Source: Macrostomum hystrix (taxonomy: Eukaryota; Animalia; Platyhelminthes). From it: a DNA stretch of 64,000 nt. Positions within the stretch are counted from its first letter, which is position 1. Each line of letters begins with the position of its first letter. The DNA lies in assembly GCA_950097015.1 (NCBI GenBank), contig CATNEN010000039.1, forward strand, positions 13,578,001-13,642,000. The letters run 5' to 3'. Shown here one piece after another: positions 12,551 through 25,674 of this stretch. A program made the translations under genes and the position numbers. The notes beneath the pieces are model-generated. The model did no database searches. It was not told the origin of the DNA and was given only the letters and a program-made list of their open reading frames with translations.

Positions 12551-12772
12551 CTACTTGCCCAAAATCCGAAATACAACTCGTGCCACGTTGCCCCACCTGA
12601 TCTTCTTCTCCAGCATCAAGGCCTTGGCTTCGGCCTTCTCCGGCTCGTCCAGATCCGAAAGGGTCTCCAGGGCCCGCAGAGTCTCCGCGTCCTCCTCCGA
12701 CATCTCCTGGCTGGGCCTGGCGACTGCCAGAGCTGCGCAGAGCAGGAGTCCGAGAGCGAGCTGCCACTTCAT
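12551..12772 (-). CDS. Prepropeptide of a C-terminally amidated cationic amphipathic peptide (antimicrobial/toxin- or neuropeptide-like), 73 aa, single exon
   Basis: MKWQLALGLLLCAALAVA signal peptide, acidic propiece RPSQEMSEEDAETLRALETLSDLDEPEKAEAKALMLE, KK, mature IRWGNVARVVFRIL, then GK-stop amidation signal. GC3-rich codons and an upstream TATA. Confidence 0.8.
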   Translation of the reverse strand: MKWQLALGLLLCAALAVARPSQEMSEEDAETLRALETLSDLDEPEKAEAKALMLEKKIRWGNVARVVFRILGK

Positions 12773-12859
12773 GTTCGTGCTGCTGCTGCTGTTGCTCGAT
12801 GAAGTAGATTGTAGAAGCTGAGAGCTTGGCTTGAGGTCCACCAGCACTCAGCGGTCTGG

Positions 12860-12866
12860 TATATAT
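12860..12866 (-). promoter_or_regulatory. TATA box of the peptide precursor gene
   Basis: CATATATACC on the minus strand, ~90 bp upstream of the ATG at 12772. Confidence 0.5.
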
Positions 12867-13643
12867 GGCCTTGAAATCGGCACGTTTTTCCGGTTTTTCT
12901 AAACATGCAGACGCTTTGGAAGACTTTGAGAGGATGGCCTCTCGGCCTGAAGAGCGTCGCGACCCCAGCTGTTTTCCTGTCCGATTCAAAAGGGTCTGAT
13001 TATTTGGAATATTTATGACTGGCTCAATATATTGTATTCAGCGTTTGAGTTCGAAAGAACAATAGAACAAAACTTGTGCTTTCTGCCACTGGCCTACAAG
13101 GGTACGATTGTGATATCGTATACCCTAATTGCGAGCTCGATGCGTTATCAAAAAAACTTTTTTCAGTGCCTACTCTGTAAGTTCACCCATTATTTTCATT
13201 GCCAGCAGATATTCAAAGCAAGCCTTTATGGTCATACATGCTGCTTAGTTGAGAGAAAGCAATTAAAATAGAAGCAATTAATAGCTGGGGTTAAGGTTAA
13301 GATCGCTGAGGTCATGAACCAAGTTGAAAATAAGTTCGCTAGTTTTGATTTGCAATTCCATCACAAACTCTAATAACAAACGCTGCAAATGTCTCAAACG
13401 GCTTAAAGAACAACTCATATTGATGGCTCGGAGTCCTCGGATTCTTCGGAATCCCTCGGAATCCTCAGCTATTTCGCAGTGTATCTGAAATGTTGCCTAC
13501 AGCTGTTCAGTCCATGGACTACGCTCTGTAATTACGTACTAATACTGGTTATATATATAAGCAGTTACAGCTCAGTGAACTGAAGAAATGCGGAGTCTCA
13601 CAAGGCAGTTTTTTCTAACTGCAGCTGCGATATAGTTTTACAC

Positions 13644-16600
13644 ATTTGAGTAGCCATCCTCTCAGATCCTATTTGAGTAGCCATCCTCTCAGATCCTATT
13701 TGAGTAGCCATTCTCTCAGATCCTATTTGAGTAGCCATTCTCTCAGATCCTATTTGAGTAGCCATTCTCTCAGATCCTATTTGAGTAGCCATTCTCTCAG
13801 ATCCTATTTGAGTAGCCATTCTCTCAGATCCTATTTGAGTAGCCATCCTCTCAGATCCTATTTGAGTAGCCATCCTCTCAGATCCTATTTGAGTAGCCAT
13901 CCTCTCAGATCCTATTTGAGTAGCCATCCTCTCAGATCCTATTTGAGTAGCCATCCTCTCAGATCCTATTTGAGTAGCCATCCTCTCAGATCCTATTTGA
14001 GTAGCCATCCTCTCAGATCCTATTTGAGTAGCCATCCTCTCAGATCCTATTTGAGTAGCCATCCTCTCAGATCCTATTTGAGTAGCCATCCTCTCAGATC
14101 CTATTTGAGTAGCCATTCTCTCAGATCCAATTTGAGTAGCCAACCTCTCAGATCCTATTTGAGTAGCCACTCTCTCAGATCCTATTTGAGTAGCCATTCT
14201 CTCAGATCCTATTTGAGTAGCCATCCTCTCAGATCCTATTTGAGTAGCCATCCTCTCAGATCCTATTTGAGTAGCCATCCTCTCAGATCCTATTTGAGTA
14301 GCCATTCTCTCAGATCCTATTTGAGTAGCCATCCTCTCAGATCCTATTTGAGTAGCCATTCTCTCAGATCCTATTTGAGTAGCCATCCTCTCAGATCCTA
14401 TTTGAGTAGCCATCCTCTCAGATCCTATTTGAGTAGCCATCCTCTCAGATCCTATTTGAGTAGCCATCCTCTCAGATCCTATTTGAGTAGCCATCCTCTC
14501 AGATCCTATTTGAGTAGCCATCCTCTCAGATCCTATTTGAGTAGCCATTCTCTCAGATCCTATTTGAGTAGCCATCCTCTCAGATCCTATTTGAGTAGCC
14601 ATCCTCTCAGATCCTATTTGAGTAGCCATCCTCTCAGATCCTATTTGAGTAGCCGTCCTCTCAGATCCTATTTGAGTAGCCATCCTCTCAGATCCTATTT
14701 GATTAGCCATCCTCTCAGATCCTATTTGAGTAGCCATTCTCTCAGATCCTATTTGAGTAGCCATCCTCTCAGATCCTATTTGAGTAGCCATTCTCTCAGA
14801 TCCTATTTGAGTAGCCATTCTCTCAGATCCTATTTGAGTAGCCATTCTCTCAGATCCTATTTGAGTAGCCATTCTCTCAGATCCTATTTGAGTAGCCATT
14901 CTCTCAGATCCTATTTGAGTAGCCATACTCTCAGATCCTATTTGAGTAGCCATCCTCTCAGATCCTATTTGAGTAGCCATTCTCTCAGATCCTATTTGAG
15001 TAGCCATCCTCTCAGATCCAATTTGAGTAGCAATTCTCTCAGATCCTATTTGAGTAGCCATTCTCTCAGATCCTATTTGAGTAGCCATCCTCTCAGATCC
15101 TATTTGAGTAGCCATCCTCTCAGATCCAATTTGAGTAGCAATTCTCTCAGATCCTATTTGAGTAGCCATCCTCTCAGATCCTATTTGAGTAACCATTCTC
15201 TCAGATCCTATTTGAGTAGCCATTCTCTCAGATCCTATTTGAGTAGCCATCCTCTCAGATCCTATTTGAGTAGCAATTCTCTCAGATCCTATTTGAGTAG
15301 CCATACTCTCAGATCCTATTTGAGTAGCCATCCTCTCAGATCCTATTTGAGTAGCCATCCTCTCAGATCCTATTTGAGTAGCCATTCTCTCAGATCCTAT
15401 TTGAGTAGCCATCCTCTCAGATCCTATTTGAGTAGCCATCCTCTCAGATCCTATTTGAGTAGCCATCCTCTCAGATCCTATTTGAGTAGCCGTCCTCTCA
15501 GATCCTATTTGAGTAGCCATCCTCTCAGATCCTATTTGATTAGCCATCCTCTCAGATCCTATTTGAGTAGCCATTCTCTCAGATCCTATTTGAGTAGCCA
15601 TCCTCTCAGATCCTATTTGAGTAGCCATTCTCTCAGATCCTATTTGAGTAGCCATTCTCTCAGATCCTATTTGAGTAGCCATTCTCTCAGATCCTATTTG
15701 AGTAGCCATTCTCTCAGATCCTATTTGAGTAGCCATTCTCTCAGATCCTATTTGAGTAGCCATACTCTCAGATCCTATTTGAGTAGCCATCCTCTCAGAT
15801 CCTATTTGAGTAGCCATTCTCTCAGATCCTATTTGAGTAGCCATCCTCTCAGATCCAATTTGAGTAGCAATTCTCTCAGATCCTATTTGAGTAGCCATTC
15901 TCTCAGATCCTATTTGAGTAGCCATTCTCTCAGATCCTATTTGAGTAGCCATCCTCTCAGATCCAATTTGAGTAGCAATTCTCTCAGATCCTATTTGAGT
16001 AGCCATCCTCTCAGATCCTATTTGAGTAACCATTCTCTCAGATCCTATTTGAGTAGCCATTCTCTCAGATCCTATTTGAGTAGCCATCCTCTCAGATCCT
16101 ATTTGAGTAGCAATTCTCTCAGATCCTATTTGAGTAGCCATACTCTCAGATCCTATTTGAGTAGCCATCCTCTCAGATCCTATTTGAGTAGCCATTCTCT
16201 CAGATCCTATTTGAGTAGCCATCCTCTCAGATCCTATTTGAGTAGCCATTCTCTCAGATCCTATTTGAGTAGCCATCCTCTCAGATCCTATTTGAGTAGC
16301 CATTCTCTCAGATCCTATTTGAGTAGCCATTCTCTCAGATCCTATTTGAGTAGCCATTCTCTCAGATCCTATTTGAGTAGCCATCCTCTCAGATCCTATT
16401 TGAGTAGCCATTCTCTCAGATCCTATTTGAGTAGCCATTCTCTCAGATCCTATTTGAGTAGCAATTCTCTCAGATCCTATTTGAGTAGCCATACTCTCAG
16501 ATCCTATTTGAGTAGCCATCCTCTCAGATCCTATTTGAGTAGCCATTCTCTCAGATCCTATTTGAGTAGCCATTCTCTCAGATCCTATTTGAGTAGCCAT

Positions 16601-19600
16601 CCTCTCAGATCCTATTTGAGTAGCAATTCTCTCAGATCCTATTTGAGTAGCCATACTCTCAGATCCAATTTGAGTAGCCAACCTCTCAGATCCTATTTGA
16701 GTAGCCACTCTCTCAGATCCTATTTGAGTAGCCATTCTCTCAGATCCTATTTGAGTAGCCATCCTCTCAGATCCTATTTGAGTAGCCATCCTCTCAGATC
16801 CTATTTGAGTAGCCATCCTCTCAGATCCTATTTGAGTAGCCATTCTCTCAGATCCTATTTGAGTAGCCATCCTCTCAGATCCTATTTGAGTAGCCATTCT
16901 CTCAGATCCTATTTGAGTAGCCATCCTCTCAGATCCTATTTGAGTAGCCATCCTCTCAGATCCTATTTGAGTAGCCATCCTCTCAGATCCTATTTGAGTA
17001 GCCATCCTCTCAGATCCTATTTGAGTAGCCATCCTCTCAGATCCTATTTGAGTAGCCATCCTCTCAGATCCTATTTGAGTAGCCATTCTCTCAGATCCTA
17101 TTTGAGTAGCCATCCTCTCAGATCCTATTTGAGTAGCCATCCTCTCAGATCCTATTTGAGTAGCCATCCTCTCAGATCCTATTTGAGTAGCCGTCCTCTC
17201 AGATCCTATTTGAGTAGCCATCCTCTCAGATCCTATTTGATTAGCCATCCTCTCAGATCCTATTTGAGTAGCCATTCTCTCAGATCCTATTTGAGTAGCC
17301 ATCCTCTCAGATCCTATTTGAGTAGCCATTCTCTCAGATCCTATTTGAGTAGCCATTCTCTCAGATCCTATTTGAGTAGCCATTCTCTCAGATCCTATTT
17401 GAGTAGCCATTCTCTCAGATCCTATTTGAGTAGCCATTCTCTCAGATCCTATTTGAGTAGCCATACTCTCAGATCCTATTTGAGTAGCCATCCTCTCAGA
17501 TCCTATTTGAGTAGCCATTCTCTCAGATCCTATTTGAGTAGCCATCCTCTCAGATCCAATTTGAGTAGCAATTCTCTCAGATCCTATTTGAGTAGCCATT
17601 CTCTCAGATCCTATTTGAGTAGCCATCCTCTCAGATCCTATTTGAGTAGCCATCCTCTCAGATCCAATTTGAGTAGCAATTCTCTCAGATCCTATTTGAG
17701 TAGCCATCCTCTCAGATCCTATTTGAGTAACCATTCTCTCAGATCCTATTTGAGTAGCCATTCTCTCAGATCCTATTTGAGTAGCCATCCTCTCAGATCC
17801 TATTTGAGTAGCAATTCTCTCAGATCCTATTTGAGTAGCCATACTCTCAGATCCTATTTGAGTAGCCATCCTCTCAGATCCTATTTGAGTAGCCATCCTC
17901 TCAGATCCTATTTGAGTAGCCATTCTCTCAGATCCTATTTGAGTAGCCATCCTCTCAGATCCTATTTGAGTAGCCATCCTCTCAGATCCTATTTGAGTAG
18001 CCATCCTCTCAGATCCTATTTGAGTAGCCGTCCTCTCAGATCCTATTTGAGTAGCCATCCTCTCAGATCCTATTTGATTAGCCATCCTCTCAGATCCTAT
18101 TTGAGTAGCCATTCTCTCAGATCCTATTTGAGTAGCCATCCTCTCAGATCCAATTTGAGTAGCAATTCTCTCAGATCCTATTTGAGTAGCCATTCTCTCA
18201 GATCCTATTTGAGTAGCCATTCTCTCAGATCCTATTTGAGTAGCCATCCTCTCAGATCCAATTTGAGTAGCAATTCTCTCAGATCCTATTTGAGTAGCCA
18301 TCCTCTCAGATCCTATTTGAGTAACCATTCTCTCAGATCCTATTTGAGTAGCCATTCTCTCAGATCCTATTTGAGTAGCCATCCTCTCAGATCCTATTTG
18401 AGTAGCAATTCTCTCAGATCCTATTTGAGTAGCCATACTCTCAGATCCTATTTGAGTAGCCATCCTCTCAGATCCTATTTGAGTAGCCATTCTCTCAGAT
18501 CCTATTTGAGTAGCCATCCTCTCAGATCCTATTTGAGTAGCCATTCTCTCAGATCCTATTTGAGTAGCCATCCTCTCAGATCCTATTTGAGTAGCCATTC
18601 TCTCAGATCCTATTTGAGTAGCCATTCTCTCAGATCCTATTTGAGTAGCCATTCTCTCAGATCCTATTTGAGTAGCCATCCTCTCAGATCCTATTTGAGT
18701 AGCAATTCTCTCAGATCCTATTTGAGTAGCCATACTCTCAGATCCTATTTGAGTAGCCATCCTCTCAGATCCTATTTGAGTAGCCATTCTCTCAGATCCT
18801 ATTTGAGTAGCCATCCTCTCAGATCCTATTTGAGTAGCCATTCTCTCAGATCCTATTTGAGTAGCCATCCTCTCAGATCCTATTTGAGTAGCCATTCTCT
18901 CAGATCCTATTTGAGTAGCCATTCTCTCAGATCCTATTTGAGTAGCCATTCTCTCAGATCCTATTTGAGTAGCCATTCTCTCAGATCCTATTTGAGTAGC
19001 CATTCTCTCAGATCCTATTTGAGTAGCCATACTCTCAGATCCTATTTGAGTAGCCATCCTCTCAGATCCTATTTGAGTAGCCATTCTCTCAGATCCTATT
19101 TGAGTAGCCATCCTCTCAGATCCAATTTGAGTAGCAATTCTCTCAGATCCTATTTGAGTAGCCATTCTCTCAGATCCTATTTGAGTAGCCATCCTCTCAG
19201 ATCCTATTTGAGTAGCCATCCTCCCAGATCCAATTTGAGTAGCAATTCTCTCAGATCCTATTTGAGTAGCCATCCTCTCAGATCCTATTTGAGTAGCCAT
19301 TCTCTCAGATCCTATTTGAGTGGCCATTCTCTCAGATCCTATTTGAGTAGCCATCCTCTCAGATCCTATTTGAGTAGCCATCCTCTCAGATCCTATTTGA
19401 GTAGCCATCCTCTCAGATCCTATTTGAGTAGCCAACCTCTCAGATCCTATTTGAGTAGCCATCCTCTCAGATCCTATTTGAGTAGCCATTCTCTCAGATC
19501 CTATTTGAGTAGCCATTCTCTCAGATCCTATTTGAGTAGCCATCCTCTCAGATCCTATTTGAGTAGCCATTCTCTCAGATCCTATTTGAGTAGCCATTCT

Positions 19601-22600
19601 CTCAGATCCTATTTGAGTAGCCATTCTCTCAGATCCTATTTGAGTAGCCATTCTCTCAGATCCTATTTGAGTAGCCATTCTCTCAGATCCTATTTGAGTA
19701 GCCATCCTCTCAGATCCTATTTGAGTAGCCATCCTCTCAGATCCTATTTGAGTAGCCATTCTCTCAGATCCTATTTGAGTAGCCATTCTCTCAGATCCTA
19801 TTTGAGTAGCCATCCTCTCAGATCCTATTTGAGTAGCCATTCTCTCAGATCCTATTTGAGTAGCCATCCTCTCAGATCCTATTCGAGTAGCCATTCTCTC
19901 AGATCCTATTTGAGTAGCCATCCTCTCAGATCCTATTTGAGTAGCCATTCTCTCAGATCCTATTTGAGTAGCCATTCTCTCAGATCCTATTTGAGTAGCC
20001 ATTCTCTCAGATCCTATTTGAGTAGCCATCCTCTCAGATCCTATTTGAGTAGCCATCCTCTCAGATCCTATTTGAGTAGCCATCCTCTCAGATCCTATTT
20101 GAGTAGCCATCCTCTCAGATCCTATTTGAGTAGCCATCCTCTCAGATCCTATTTGAGTAGCAATTCTCTCAGATCCTATTTGAGTAGCCATACTCTCAGA
20201 TCCTATTTGAGTAGCCATCCTCTCAGATCCTATTTGAGTAGCCATTCTCTCAGATCCTATTTGAGTAGCCATCCTCTCAGATCCTATTTGAGTAGCCATT
20301 CTCTCAGATCCTATTTGAGTAGCCATCCTCTCAGATCCTATTTGAGTAGCCATTCTCTCAGATCCTATTTGAGTAGCCATTCTCTCAGATCCAATTTGAG
20401 TAGCCATTCTCTCAGATCCTATTTGAGTAGCCATCCTCTCAGATCCAATTTGAGTAGCAATTCTCTCAGATCCTATTTGAGTAGCCATTCTCTCAGATCC
20501 TATTTGAGTAGCCATCCTCTCAGATCCTATTTGAGTAGCCATCCTCTCAGATCCAATTTGAGTAGCAATTCTCTCAGATCCTATTTGAGTAGCCATCCTC
20601 TCAGATCCTATTTGAGTAGCCATTCTCTCAGATCCTATTTGAGTACCATTCTCTCAGATCCTATTTGAGTAGCCATCCTCTCAGATCCTATTTGAGTAGC
20701 CATCCTCTCAGATCCTATTTGAGTAGCCATCCTCTCAGATCCTATTTGAGTAGCCGTCCTCTCAGATCCTATTTGAGTAGCCATCCTCTCAGATCCTATT
20801 TGAGTAGCCATTCTCTCAGATCCTATTTGAGTAGCCATTCTCTCAGATCCTATTTGAGTAGCCATCCTCTCAGATCCTATTTGAGTAGCCATTCTCTCAG
20901 ATCCTATTTGAGTAGCCATTCTCTCAGATCCTATTTGAGTAGCCATTCTCTCAGATCCTATTTGAGTAGCCATTCTCTCAGATCCTATTTGAGTAGCCAT
21001 TCTCTCAGATCCTATTTGAGTAGCCATCCTCTCAGATCCTATTTGAGTAGCCATCCTCTCAGATCCTATTTGAGTAGCCATTCTCTCAGATCCTATTTGA
21101 GTAGCCATTCTCTCAGATCCTATTTGAGTAGCCATCCTCTCAGATCCTATTTGAGTAGCCATTCTCTCAGATCCTATTTGAGTAGCCATCCTCTCAGATC
21201 CTATTTGAGTAGCCATTCTCTCAGATCCTATTTGAGTAGCCATCCTCTCAGATCCTATTTGAGTAGCCATTCTCTCAGATCCTATTTGAGTAGCCATTCT
21301 CTCAGATCCTATTTGAGTAGCCATTCTCTCAGATCCTATTTGAGTAGCCATCCTCTCAGATCCTATTTGAGTAGCCATCCTCTCAGATCCTATTTGAGTA
21401 GCCATCCTCTCAGATCCTATTTGAGTAGCCATCCTCTCAGATCCTATTTGAGTAGCCATCCTCTCAGATCCTATTTGAGTAGCAATTCTCTCAGATCCTA
21501 TTTGAGTAGCCATTCTCTCAGATCCTATTTGAGTAGCCATCCTCTCAGATCCTATTTGAGTAGCCGTCCTCTCAGATCCTATTTGAGTAGCCATCCTCTC
21601 AGATCCTATTTGAGTAGCCATTCTCTCAGATCCTATTTGAGTAGCCATCCTCTCAGATCCTATTTGAGTAGCCATCCTCTCAGATCCTATTTGAGTAGCC
21701 ATCCTCTCAGATCCTATTTGAGTAGCCATCCTCTCAGATCCTATTTGAGTAGCCATCCTCTCAGATCCTATTTGAGTAGCCATCCTCTCAGATCCTATTT
21801 GAGTAGCCATCCTCTCAGATCCTATTTGAGTAGCCATCCTCTCAGATCCTATTTGAGTAGCCATCCTCTCAGATCCTATTTGAGTAGCCATTCTCTCAGA
21901 TCCTATTTGAGTAGCCATCCTCTCAGATCCTATTTGAGTAGCCATCCTCTCAGATCCTATTTGATTAGCAATTCTCTCAGATCCTATTTGAGTAGCCATT
22001 CTCTCAGATCCTATTTGAGTAGCCATTCTCTCAGATCCTATTTGAGTAGCCATCCTCTCAGATCCTATTTGATTAGCAATTCTCTCAGATCCTATTTGAG
22101 TAGCCATCCTCTCAGATCCTATTTGAGTAGCCATCCTCTCAGATCCTATTTGAGTAGCCATTCTCTCAGATCCTATTTGAGTAGCCATCCTCTCAGATCC
22201 TATTTGAGTAGCCGTCCTCTCAGATCCTATTTGAGTAGCCATCCTCTCAGATCCTATTTGAGTAGCCATTCTCTCAGATCCTATTTGAGTAGCCATCCTC
22301 TCAGATCCTATTTGAGTAGCCATCCTCTCAGATCCTATTTGAGTAGCCATCCTCTCAGATCCTATTTGAGTAGCAATTCTCTCAGATCCTATTTGAGTAG
22401 CCATTCTCTCAGATCCTATTTGAGTAGCCATCCTCTCAGATCCTATTTGAGTAGCCATTCTCTCAGATCCTATTTGAGTAGCCATTCTCTCAGATCCTAT
22501 TTGAGTAGCCATCCTCTCAGATCCTATTTGAGTAGCCATTCTCTCAGATCCTATTTGAGTAGCCATTCTCTCAGATCCTATTTGAGTAGCCATCCTCTCA

Positions 22601-22944
22601 GATCCTATTTGAGTAGCCATTCTCTCAGATCCTATTTGAGTAGCCATTCTCTCAGATCCTATTTGAGTAGCCATTCTCTCAGATCCTATTTGAGTAGCCA
22701 TCCTCTCAGATCCTATTTGAGTAGCCATCCTCTCAGATCCTATTTGAGTAGCCATCCTCTCAGATCCTATTTGAGTAGCCATTCTCTCAGATCCTATTTG
22801 AGTAGCCATCCTCTCAGATCCTATTTGAGTAGCCATTCTCTCAGATCCTATTTGAGTAGCCATCCTCTCAGATCCTATTTGATTAGCCATCCTCTCAGAT
22901 CCTATTTGAGTAGCCGTCCTCTCAGATCCTATTTGAGTAGCCAT
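13644..22944 (+). repeat. Homogeneous 27-bp minisatellite (ATTTGAGTAGCCAT(C/T)CTCTCAGATCCT)n, ~344 units
   Basis: Seen directly. One 2-bp deletion at ~20645. Higher-order duplications of 837 and 2538 bp. Confidence 0.98.
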
Positions 22945-24185
22945 AATTCTCTTTGATCCTCATTTTGAGTAGCCATTCTCTCTGATCCTCATTTTGAGTA
23001 GCCATCTTCTCAGATTTTTTGAGTAGGCCTAGCCATTATCTGTGATCCTCATTTTGAGTAGCCATCCTCTCAGATCCCCATATTGAGAAGCCAGCCTCTT
23101 AGATCCCCATTTTGAGTAGCCATCTTCTCCGATTTTTTGAGTAGCCATTCTCTTTGATCCTCATTTTGAGTAGCCATCTTCTCAGATTTTTTGAGTAGGC
23201 CTAGCCATTATCTGTGATCCTCATTTTGAGTAGCCATCCTCTCAGATCCCCATATTGAGAAGCCAGCCTCTTAGATCCCCATTTTGAGCTACCACTACCA
23301 TCCTCTCAGATCCTCATTTTGAGCTACCACTACCATCCTCTCAGATCCCCATTTTGAGCTACCATCCTCTCAAATCCTCATTTTGAGCTACCACTACCAT
23401 CCTCTCAGATCCCCATTTTCAGCTACCATCCTCTCAGATCCCCATTTTGAGTAGCCATCTTCTCCGATTTTTTGAGAGGCCATTCTCTTTGATCCTCATT
23501 TTGAGAGGCCATTCTCTCTGATCCTCATTTTGAGTAGCCATCTTCTCATATTTTTTAGCAGGCCTAGCCATTATCTGTAATCCTCATTTTGAGTAGCCGT
23601 CCTCTCAGATCCCATTTTGAGCTACCACTACCATCCTCTCAGATCCTTATTTTGAGCTTCCATCCTCTCAGATCCTCATTTTGAGCTACCATCCTCTCAG
23701 ATCCCCATTTGAGCTACCATCCTCTCAGATCCTCATTTTGAGCTACCATCCTCCCAGATCCCCATTTTGAGCTACCATCCTCTCAGATCCTCATTTGAGC
23801 TACCATCCTCTCAGATCCTCATTTGAGCTACCATCCTCTCAGATCCTCATTTGAGCTACCATCCTCTCAGATCCTCATTTGAGCTACCATCCTCTCAGAT
23901 CCTCATTTTGAGCTACCACTACCATCCTCTCAGATCCCCATTTTGAGCTACCATCCTCTCAGATCCTCATTTTGAGCTACCATCCTCTCAGATCCTCATT
24001 TTGAGCTACCACTACCATACTCTCAGATCCCCATTTTGAGCTACCATCCTCTCAGATCCCCATATTGAGAAGCCATCCTCTCAGATCCTCATTTTGAGCT
24101 ACCATCCTCACAGATCCCCATATTGAGAAGCCATCCTCTCAGATCCCCATATTGAGTAGGTAGCAATCCTCTTAGATCCCCATCT
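22945..24185 (+). repeat. Diverged 27-34-bp variant array of the same satellite family (GAGCTACCATCCTCTCAGATCCTCATTTT)
   Basis: Abrupt switch to heterogeneous units that share CCATCCTCTCAGATCC. Confidence 0.9.
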
Positions 24186-24318
24186 CGAGTCCGTCTCCTC
24201 AATATATGTTACGTTTACGAATTCGTTGGAAGTCAAGTAATATTTTTTCTCCTTTGTTTGGGAACAAATCACAGTAAAGGGCCGCTTAGATGGGGCTAGC
24301 ACAGTTCCTAAGCCACAG

Positions 24319-25000
24319 CCTGGAGTGATTCGTGTGCCAGCTCAGCAGCTGCAGCAGCTGGAGCAGCAGCAGAAGGAGCAGCAGCAATTGCAGCAGCAGA
24401 GAATTCTAGTCAGTCATCGCCAGCGCGGCAATCCAGTACTGCGCTCCATTCGCTCGGTGCCCTGGGAATTCGCCGAGTCGGCCGACCCGGCCGATTTTAT
24501 ACTCGGCCGCACCGCCTGCTGCCTGTTCCTATCCGTGCGCTATCATTGTCTCCATCCTGACTATGTGCACCAACGCCTGCGCCTGCTGGGACCGCGCGAA
24601 TTCGACTTGCGTATTCTTCTACTGTTAGTAGACACGCAGGAGTATACAGACGCTGTGCGTGAATTGAACCGCATCTGCCTAATGGCCGGCTCTACGCTAA
24701 TCCTTGCCTGGAGCAACGACGAGGCGGGCCGCTATTTGGAGAGCTTCAAATCCCTGGAGAAGAAGCCGGCCGACTCGCTGATGGAACGATCGGCCGACGA
24801 TTGGCCTGGCCAACTTCGCGACGTCCTTGGCTGCATTTTGCGGCGTCAGCCGGTCTGACGCTGCCTGCCTGGCCGCCAACTTCGGCACCTTCGAAGCGAT
24901 GATTGGAGCTAGCAGCGCCGAACTGGAACGCTGCCCCGGTCTGGGCCCGAAGAAAGCTGCCAGGCTCACGGCCGTTTTCGGCCAGAACTTTGCCGACTGA
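24319..25000 (+). CDS. ERCC1: DNA excision repair protein ERCC1 (intronless; no in-frame ATG; one +1 T indel at 24836-24839)
   Basis: ILVSHRQRGNPVLRSIRSVPWEF...DFILGRTACCLFLSVRYHCLHPDY...LILAWSNDEAGRYLESFK...KPADSLME. After the indel the HhH2 domain continues VSRSDAACLAANFGTFEAMIGASSAELERCPGLGPKKAARL, with TGA at 24998-25000. The 5' boundary is uncertain (candidate AG acceptors at 24274, 24312, 24318). Confidence 0.9.
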
Positions 25001-25174
25001 TTCACCCGTGACAAAATGTTTTTTTCGATACATATCGGCAGTTTTTTAACAAAGCATTTTCGTGCATAAAATTGTAGAAATATACTTTCTAATTAGTGGC
25101 ACTTTCGTAACTTTATCATCGCACAAAAACTGTGGTCTTCTTATTTGGTTTAACTAATTAAATATATGCCTCTT

Positions 25175-25340
25175 AGGTAGCCTAGCTAGAGGTCAGGGCG
25201 TCCGACTCACGAATTGAAGATCGGGGGTTCGATTCCCGACATCAATAAAACAATTTGTGTCCATTTAGCAAGATACCCAACTCTGTATTGCTTCAGTTCA
25301 CCCAGCTATTAAATAGGTAGCAGCATCAGTTGGTGTAATC
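25175..25340 (+). mobile_element. SINE family 1 copy (tRNA head + core)
   Basis: A/B boxes (TAGCCTAG...GGGTTCGATTCCC) followed by TTTGTGTCCATTTAGCAAGATACCCAACTC...TTGCTTCAGTTCACCCAGCT. Confidence 0.7.
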
Positions 25341-25674
25341 AATTAAGTAGTCATATAAGTGATGCACTTTTAAACGAGCGTGTTCTACTAAAATTGCTTT
25401 CTTACTTGATAGTGTTTCGTTTCTCCATTAAATCAATGCAATAATATGGGCTTTGCCCATAAACTAACTAGCTGTATTCTCAAGCTCAACAGGCTGCAAT
25501 TCTGACCTAATTGGCGCAGGTGTAATTATTTGGTCGGAATATCAATGTAGCAAATGCTAATATTAAAGAGAAAGTGTTTTCTGACAAAACATTCGCCTAA
25601 ATTTCAGAACTGCCAGTCCATTGTAAAGTACAATTAAACTAGGGCAGATTAGCAGTTTAACACAACTTGCAATA

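Noticed and set aside
13598-22956. Giant repeat ORFs (MATQIGSER)n and (SSHPLRSYL)n; the commonest variant (AGG/AGA) is synonymous in the minus frame
   Set aside because: A 27-bp unit gives open frames trivially. Only ~3 of ~12 distinct variants are synonymous, as expected under neutrality. There is a 2-bp deletion at ~20645, no signal peptide, and the same family occurs as 28-bp intronic units.
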